Part shown: one piece after another, positions 58,489-64,000 of the stretch | How the letters are laid out: each line of letters starts with the position of its first letter | Numbering within the stretch: position 1 is the stretch's first letter | Origin: Candidatus Eiseniibacteriota bacterium | GTDB lineage: Bacteria; Eisenbacteria; RBG-16-71-46 | Assembly: GCA_963725865.1 (NCBI GenBank) | Contig: CAVSAC010000012.1 | Location: 768,001 to 832,000, forward strand | Reading direction: 5' to 3' | DNA: 64,000 bases | Position numbers and translations under genes: made by a program | The notes under the pieces: model-generated | The model's input: only the letters and a program-made list of their open reading frames with translations | The model's database searches: none | Told to the model about the DNA's origin: nothing

Positions 58489-60072
58489 CTACGGAGCGCC
58501 GCGCAGCTCCGTCGGGCCGCTCGGGCGCGGCGTGCGGTAGCGGGCGATCCATAGCGGCCCGCCGGTGGCCTCCCAGGTCTCCCGCAGCACGAGCATCCGG
58601 CCCTCGCCGGCTGCGGCCGCCTCGGCGAGTGCGACCACCTGGCGCCGCTGGGCCGAGTTCGGGCTGCGCACGATCACCCACACGTCGTCGAAGCCGGTTG
58701 CGCGCGCGCGGGCCGAATCGGCCATTTCGGCCAATTGCTGCGCCGTCCAGTGCGAGTGGAACGGCACCGCGGGGTGCGAGACCTCGATGCACGGCAGCGG
58801 TCGCGGCAGCCGGCGGTCGTAGTAGCGGAACGGATCGCTGTCGAACGGCACCAGCACCGCCGCGCGCCCGGCCGTGGCTCGCGCGCCGATCGACTGCGTG
58901 ACCTCGCGCCAGCGTTCCTTGCTGACGTCCCACTGCACTCGCAGGCACGCGTAGGCGGAGACCAGCAGCACCAGCACCCCCCAGACGCGACCGAGTGCCG
59001 CGGGACGCATGCGCGCCAGGCCGTAGGTGGTGAGCAGCGCCGCGAACGGGGTGAGCAGCACGAAGTAGCGCGGGAGCCACAGCGACTGGCGGAACGACAC
59101 GACGAACACCGCCAACAGCGGCGCGACCAGCGCGGTCAGCGCGATGCGCGCCGCCCGTCCGCGCGGATCGCTACGGCGCGCGGCCCAGACGCCGAGCGCG
59201 AGCGGCACCAGCGCGATCGCGAGCAGCAGCAGCTGCGCCAGCGGGCGCGGCAGGAAGTGGTCGATGCCCGGCGCCTGGCCGGCGCCGGTCGTGGTGACGA
59301 GCGGGACGGGCGAGAGCAGCACCGAGCGCAGGACCTGGAACACTCCGAGCGGGTCGGGCGCATCGATATACCAGTGGCTCTCGTTCAGGTGACCGGCCTG
59401 GCGCGCGCTGATCACGAGCCACGGCACGTACGACGCCACCGCCGCGGCGACCGCGAGCGCCCAGCGCACGAAGCGCCGGCGCCCGGCGGCGGTCAGCACC
59501 GCGAGCAGGCCCTGCACGCCGACGCCGAGCAGCGCGATGGGCTGCGTCCACAGCCCCAGCGCCAGCGCCGCGGTCAGCGGCCACCACGCGCGCGGGCGTT
59601 CGAATAGCACCGCGCGGGCGAACAGGTAGAGCGCGAGCACCGTCCACACCCCGACCAGCATGTAGGTGCGGGCCTCCTGGGCGTACATCAGCTGGTAGGG
59701 CGACAGCGCCACCAGCGCGGCGGCGAGCAGCGCCTCGCGGCGCTCGACCCACAGGCGCGCGAAGCGGTAGGTGAGCCAGACCATCGCGACCGCGGCGAGC
59801 GCCGACACCAGTCGCAGGTTCGCCTCGTCGTCGCCGAGCCGGAGCGCGAGCCAGGTGAGCAGGTGGAACAGCGGCGGGCTCGCGTCCTTGAACGCGCAGA
59901 AGCGCCACAGCTCGCCGAGCGTGCCGCTCGCGGCGGTCCACGTGGAGGCTTCGTCGGTCCACAGGCTGAGCGCGCCGAGCCGCCACAGGCGCAGCACCAG
60001 CGCCGCGAAGAGCACCATCATCAGGCTGCGGCGATCGGCCGCGACGTCGGTCCCGGACTCAGGCTGGCTCAC
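58489..60072 (-). CDS. Membrane glycosyltransferase (GT39/PMT_2/ArnT-like)
   Basis: LRLWRLGALSLWTDE, SPPLF, YAQEARTY; many TM segments. Confidence 0.8.
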   Translation of the reverse strand: MSQPESGTDVAADRRSLMMVLFAALVLRLWRLGALSLWTDEASTWTAASGTLGELWRFCAFKDASPPLFHLLTWLALRLGDDEANLRLVSALAAVAMVWLTYRFARLWVERREALLAAALVALSPYQLMYAQEARTYMLVGVWTVLALYLFARAVLFERPRAWWPLTAALALGLWTQPIALLGVGVQGLLAVLTAAGRRRFVRWALAVAAAVASYVPWLVISARQAGHLNESHWYIDAPDPLGVFQVLRSVLLSPVPLVTTTGAGQAPGIDHFLPRPLAQLLLLAIALVPLALGVWAARRSDPRGRAARIALTALVAPLLAVFVVSFRQSLWLPRYFVLLTPFAALLTTYGLARMRPAALGRVWGVLVLLVSAYACLRVQWDVSKERWREVTQSIGARATAGRAAVLVPFDSDPFRYYDRRLPRPLPCIEVSHPAVPFHSHWTAQQLAEMADSARARATGFDDVWVIVRSPNSAQRRQVVALAEAAAAGEGRMLVLRETWEATGGPLWIARYRTPRPSGPTELRGAP

Positions 60073-60075
60073 GGG

Positions 60076-61149
60076 TCAGCCCTTCAGCAACAGGTCCACG
60101 ATGCGCAGGCCGCTGGTGCCGTCGCCGAACGGGTTGGGCCAGTCGCGACGGCGGTCGCGCATCGCGCGGGCGCACTCGACGATCCGCTCGGGCGTCGCGC
60201 CGGCGAGCATGTTCGCGCCGACCTCGACCGATTCCGGCCGTTCGGTGTTGTCGCGCAGCGTCACGCACGGCACGCCGAGGCTGCACGCCTCCTCCTGCAG
60301 GCCGCCAGAGTCGGTGAGCACCAGCGCGGCGCGGGCGTGCAGGCCGAGGAAGTCGAGATAAGGCAGCGGCGGCAGCGCGCGAACGCGGCCGTCGAAACCG
60401 AGGCCCATGCGCTCGAGCCGCGCGGCGGTGCGCGGATGGAGCGCGGCGAGCACCGGCAGGTCGAGCGCGGCCGCCGCCCGCGTGAGCCCCTCCACGATGC
60501 CGCGCAGGCGCTCAGGGCGGTCGGTGTTCTCGGCGCGGTGCACGGTGGCGAGCGCGTAGCGGCCCGGCGTGACCGCGAACTGCTCGAACAGCCCCGGGCG
60601 CATCGCGCGCTCGCGCTGCCGCAGCAACTCGTCCACCACCGTGTTGCCGGTCACGTGGATGCGCGCGGGCGCGATCCGCTCGCCGAGCAGGATGTCGCGC
60701 GAGTGCTCGGTGGGCGCGAACAGATACTCGGAGAGGTGGTCGGTGAGGATGCGGTTGATCTCCTCGGGCATGCCGCGGTCGTACGAGCGCAGCCCCGCCT
60801 CCACGTGGCCGACCGGGATCCCCATCTTCTGAGCGGTCAGCGCGCCGGCGAGCACCGACGAGGTGTCGCCCTCGACCAGCAGCACGTCGGGGCGCTCGCG
60901 CGCCAGCAGCGGCTCGAACCCGAGGATCATCGTGCCGATCTGGTACGCCTGCGTCCCGGACCCCACCTCGAGGTTGGCGTGCGGCACCGGCAGGCCGAGC
61001 TCCTGGAAGAACACCCCGTCCATCTCGAACGAGTAGTGCTGGCCGGTGTGGAGCAGCAGGAACGGCGTGCCGCGGGTCTGGCATGCGCGCACGACCGGGG
61101 CCATCTTGATGATCTCGGGGCGCGTCCCGACGACGATGCCGATCTTCAT
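60076..61149 (-). CDS. wecB: UDP-N-acetylglucosamine 2-epimerase (non-hydrolysing)
   Basis: GTRPEIIK, HTGQHY, HVEAGLRS, PEEINR, TDSGGLQEE, TERPE. Confidence 0.93.
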   Translation of the reverse strand: MKIGIVVGTRPEIIKMAPVVRACQTRGTPFLLLHTGQHYSFEMDGVFFQELGLPVPHANLEVGSGTQAYQIGTMILGFEPLLARERPDVLLVEGDTSSVLAGALTAQKMGIPVGHVEAGLRSYDRGMPEEINRILTDHLSEYLFAPTEHSRDILLGERIAPARIHVTGNTVVDELLRQRERAMRPGLFEQFAVTPGRYALATVHRAENTDRPERLRGIVEGLTRAAAALDLPVLAALHPRTAARLERMGLGFDGRVRALPPLPYLDFLGLHARAALVLTDSGGLQEEACSLGVPCVTLRDNTERPESVEVGANMLAGATPERIVECARAMRDRRRDWPNPFGDGTSGLRIVDLLLKG

Positions 61150-62465
61150 CCGCGCGCCCCGGCCCCCGCGCGAGCGGCGGTCTCGACGATCCACTCCTGC
61201 ATCATCTCGTCCGCCACTTCGCAGCAGGAGTTCCACGAGTTCACGCGCGGGTAGACCTGCGCGGTGCACACCAGGTAGAGGCGGCCCGGGATCACCGACG
61301 TCGGCGGGCGGACGTCGCGGTAGCCGACCGTCCAGATCGGCTCCACGAACGGCGCCCGGAACAGGAACGCGTCCTCGATCGAGTTGCCGGCGGCCGGGAA
61401 CAGCGCCTGCAGGTCGCGGCGGTAGATCGCGAGCATCTCGGCGTCCGGTGTCTGGAAGAGCGCGCTGTCGCGGTGCGTGTAGTTCACCAGGTAGTTCACG
61501 TGGAGCCCGTGCGCGCGCTCGAGCGGCACCAGGTTCGACATCTCGATCACGCCCTGTGAGGTCGCGCCGCTGTCCACCCACGGCATCCAGTAGTAGTGGG
61601 TGATGGGCTCGCGGGTCAGGAATACGCCGCTCATCACGCCCTGGTAGTCGAGCTTCAGCTGCGCCAGCTTCGGCGGGACCGGCAGCCCGGCCGTCATGCG
61701 CTGGAACTGCGGCAGGGGCGAGGTCGCGACCACGCTGTCGAACGCCTCGAGCGTGCCGTCCTCGAGCCGCACGCCCATGCGCTCGCCCTGCAGCTCGAGC
61801 GCGCGCACGCGGGTCTTCATGCGGAGGCTCGCGCCCCGCTCGCGCAGCCGGCGCTCGAACGCGTCGATGAGCGTCCGGTAGCCGCCCGGCAGGCAGCCCT
61901 TGGTCTCGGTCGGGGCGCTCTTCTCACGGTGCATGCGACTGGTGAGCCACAACGCCGGCAGCGCCGCGTAGTGGTCGCCGATCTTGGCCGAGAGCAGCGG
62001 CTTCCACAGCACCTCGAACGCGCGCTCGCCGACCTGCTTGCGCACCCAGTCGGCCGCGGTGACGCCGTCGAGATGGGGATCGAGGCCGTGGCTGCGCGCG
62101 CGCAGGCCCAGCAGCCCCATGCGCACGCGCTCCAGCGGGGTCAGCGCCCCGAAGCGCAGCAGGTCGAGAGGGGTGTTCATCGGCCAGATGCGCCGCCGGT
62201 ACATGAACCCCATCTCCGTGCGCTTCCAGAGCAGCTCGCGGTCGAGGCCCAGTTCGCGCACGTGCGCGAGCAGCGCGAGGTCGTCCGGGAGGATGCAGTG
62301 ATAGAAGCGCTCGAGGTGACCGTCGCGGTAGGGGAACGTGGTGCCGAGGCCGCCCAGGATATCGTCGCCCTCGAACAGCGTCACGCGATGGCCCAGCGCC
62401 GCCACGCGGGACGCGCTGGCCAGCCCGGAGATGCCACCACCGATGATCGCGACGTCGAGCGCCAT
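61146..62465 (-). CDS. FAD-dependent oxidoreductase (amine oxidase/PPOX-like)
   Basis: IIGGGISGL, LGGL, LERFYHC; CAGGAAGG SD. Confidence 0.85.
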   Translation of the reverse strand: MALDVAIIGGGISGLASASRVAALGHRVTLFEGDDILGGLGTTFPYRDGHLERFYHCILPDDLALLAHVRELGLDRELLWKRTEMGFMYRRRIWPMNTPLDLLRFGALTPLERVRMGLLGLRARSHGLDPHLDGVTAADWVRKQVGERAFEVLWKPLLSAKIGDHYAALPALWLTSRMHREKSAPTETKGCLPGGYRTLIDAFERRLRERGASLRMKTRVRALELQGERMGVRLEDGTLEAFDSVVATSPLPQFQRMTAGLPVPPKLAQLKLDYQGVMSGVFLTREPITHYYWMPWVDSGATSQGVIEMSNLVPLERAHGLHVNYLVNYTHRDSALFQTPDAEMLAIYRRDLQALFPAAGNSIEDAFLFRAPFVEPIWTVGYRDVRPPTSVIPGRLYLVCTAQVYPRVNSWNSCCEVADEMMQEWIVETAARAGAGARG

Positions 62466-62563
62466 GCCACCTTCCTGGGGTCGAAGTGAGGCGTGCCTGC
62501 CAGCGGCCCGCCGGGCGCGTCCCGAGGACCCGGAGCGCGGCTCCAGGCACCTCGACGCCTTCG

Positions 62564-62592
62564 TTATCGGCGGTCTTGTGGCGCGGCTGAAG
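62564..62592 (-). promoter_or_regulatory. sigma28-like promoter upstream of the oxidoreductase-wecB-GT operon
   Basis: CTTCAG-N15-GCCGATAA on the minus strand. Confidence 0.55.
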
Positions 62593-62709
62593 GAGGCGGC
62601 GCGGGCCCACGGAGAGCGGACTCCGACCGGACTGATGGAGCCGGGCAGGGTACGCGCCGCTTGCCGCAGAGGCAAGCGCGGACGGCTCCTCGCGAGCCGT
62701 CCGGCCGGA

Positions 62710-62738
62710 TTGCTCCGCCGCCGGCACCTCCGTATGCT
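62710..62738 (+). promoter_or_regulatory. sigma70-like promoter
   Basis: TTGCTC-N17-TATGCT. Confidence 0.45.
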
Positions 62739-62785
62739 GCGCGGCCGACCGCCGGATGCCCCCACCGACCTGAGGACCGCACCCC

Positions 62786-63670
62786 ATGACGCGACCCGTC
62801 GCCACCGTCAACGTGGACGTCGATCCGGTCGACCTCCATCTCGACGGCTACGGCTTCCGCGGCCTCGCTCCCGACCCGCTCGCCTACACCGCGGCGCTGC
62901 CGCGCCTGCGCGAGCTCTTCTCGCGCACCGGCGTGCGTGCGACGCTGTTCATGGTGGCGCGCGACGCGGCCGCGCACGCCGCCGAGCTGCGCGAGCTGAT
63001 CGCCGAGGGGCACGAGGTGGCATGTCATTCCGCCACCCACCCGCTGGCGCTCACGCGCCTGCCCGCCGCCGCGCTCGAGCGCGAGACCGCTGGGGCGCGC
63101 GCGGCACTCGAGCAGGCGTGCGGGCGCCCGGTGGTGGGATTCCGCGCGCCCAACTTCGACATGGACGTGCCGACGCTCGCACGACTGGCCCGCGCGGGCT
63201 ACCGCTACGACGCATCGGGTTATCCGACGCCGCTGCTGGCCGCGGCGCGGCTGCTGCTGGCCTCGAAGAGCGGCGATCCGCGCGGCGTCATGCGGCTGAA
63301 GCTGTGGCCGTTCGACTGGGAGCGCCGGCCGCACCGCGTCGGTACGGGCGACGCGACGCTCGAGGAGTTCCCGGTCTCGGTCCACGGTCCGCTGCGCATG
63401 CCGGTCTATCACACGCCGCGCTACGTCATGCCCGCGTCGCAGTTCTTCGGCGCGCTCGACGCGCTCGCCGCGCGCCGGGAGCCACTGTCGTATCCGCTCC
63501 ACGCGGTGGACGCGCTGGGAATGGCCGAGGACCGCGTCGATCCACGGCTCTCGAAGCACCCCGGCATGAACCGCCCGCTCGCGGAGAAGCTCGCGCTGCT
63601 CGAAGAGACGCTGCGGGCGATCACCGCGCGTTTCGAGTCGCGCACGTTCCAGGAACGCCTCGCCCCCTGA
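62786..63670 (+). CDS. Polysaccharide deacetylase family protein
   Basis: VNVDVD, ATLFMV, GHEVACHSATH, GFRAP, YRYDAS. Confidence 0.85.
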   Translation: MTRPVATVNVDVDPVDLHLDGYGFRGLAPDPLAYTAALPRLRELFSRTGVRATLFMVARDAAAHAAELRELIAEGHEVACHSATHPLALTRLPAAALERETAGARAALEQACGRPVVGFRAPNFDMDVPTLARLARAGYRYDASGYPTPLLAAARLLLASKSGDPRGVMRLKLWPFDWERRPHRVGTGDATLEEFPVSVHGPLRMPVYHTPRYVMPASQFFGALDALAARREPLSYPLHAVDALGMAEDRVDPRLSKHPGMNRPLAEKLALLEETLRAITARFESRTFQERLAP

Positions 63671-63746
63671 GCCGGACGCCCGGGAAGGGATCCGACCGGG
63701 CGGCGTACATCGGCTGCGCACGCCACTCAATTTCACGGAGGACGCC

Positions 63747-64000
63747 ATGCCCGCCTTTCGCCCGGTCCCCGCGTGCTCGCTGGGACTGCTGCTGCTGTGC
63801 CTCGCCGGCCCCGCCGCCTCCGGCCCGGCGCTCACCGTCTACTCACGCGACCTCGCACTGGTGCGCGAGCTGCGCACGTTCGAGCTGCGCGGCGCGCAGG
63901 ACACGGTGCGGTTCGACGACGTCGCCGAGCGGCTCGACTTCTCCTCGCTGCGGCTCGCGCCGCAGGGCGGCGCCCGGCTCGCACGCCTGGCCTATCGCTT
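63747..64000 (+). CDS. Secreted DUF4139/DUF4140-like protein, N-terminal part
   Basis: GGAGG SD, signal peptide, LTVYSRDLALVRELR..DVAERLDFSSL; runs off the window edge. Confidence 0.65.
   Translation, partial: MPAFRPVPACSLGLLLLCLAGPAASGPALTVYSRDLALVRELRTFELRGAQDTVRFDDVAERLDFSSLRLAPQGGARLARLAYR

Overview
High-GC bacterial chromosome window. The gene content suggests a deep-branching diderm such as Ca. Eisenbacteria or an FCB-adjacent lineage; this is inference, not proven. 1-16.5 kb: a translationally coupled dcw cluster (mraZ end, an inserted STAS protein, rsmH, ftsL, ftsI, murE/F, mraY, murD, ftsW, murG, murC, ftsQ/A/Z) with no murB or ddl. 16.6-25 kb: a TPR protein, rpmB, recG, a zinc-ribbon protein and a patA/pimA-like + MFS operon. 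25-41 kb is the most interesting part: a flagellar-type regulatory cascade with no flagellar structural gene in the window. It comprises a PAS kinase + sigma54 activator, a near-consensus sigma54 promoter, and an operon encoding a single-domain RR, a stand-alone sigma region 4 protein, FlhG, FliA/WhiG-type sigma28, a stand-alone HisKA, a degenerate GGDEF and a REC-GAF kinase; csrA and a FlgM-like gene lie just upstream. Four identically spaced sigma28-like motifs (CT(C/T)(A/C)AG-N15-GCCGATA) sit upstream of an MglA GTPase, an unannotated 18-aa hydrophobic ORF, csrA-flgM and a wecB/glycosyltransferase operon. 41-64 kb: envelope and sugar genes, M13/S41/S9 peptidases, Wzi-like protein, valS, SDR and a DUF222/HNH gene. 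No rRNA, tRNA or CRISPR array was recognised.
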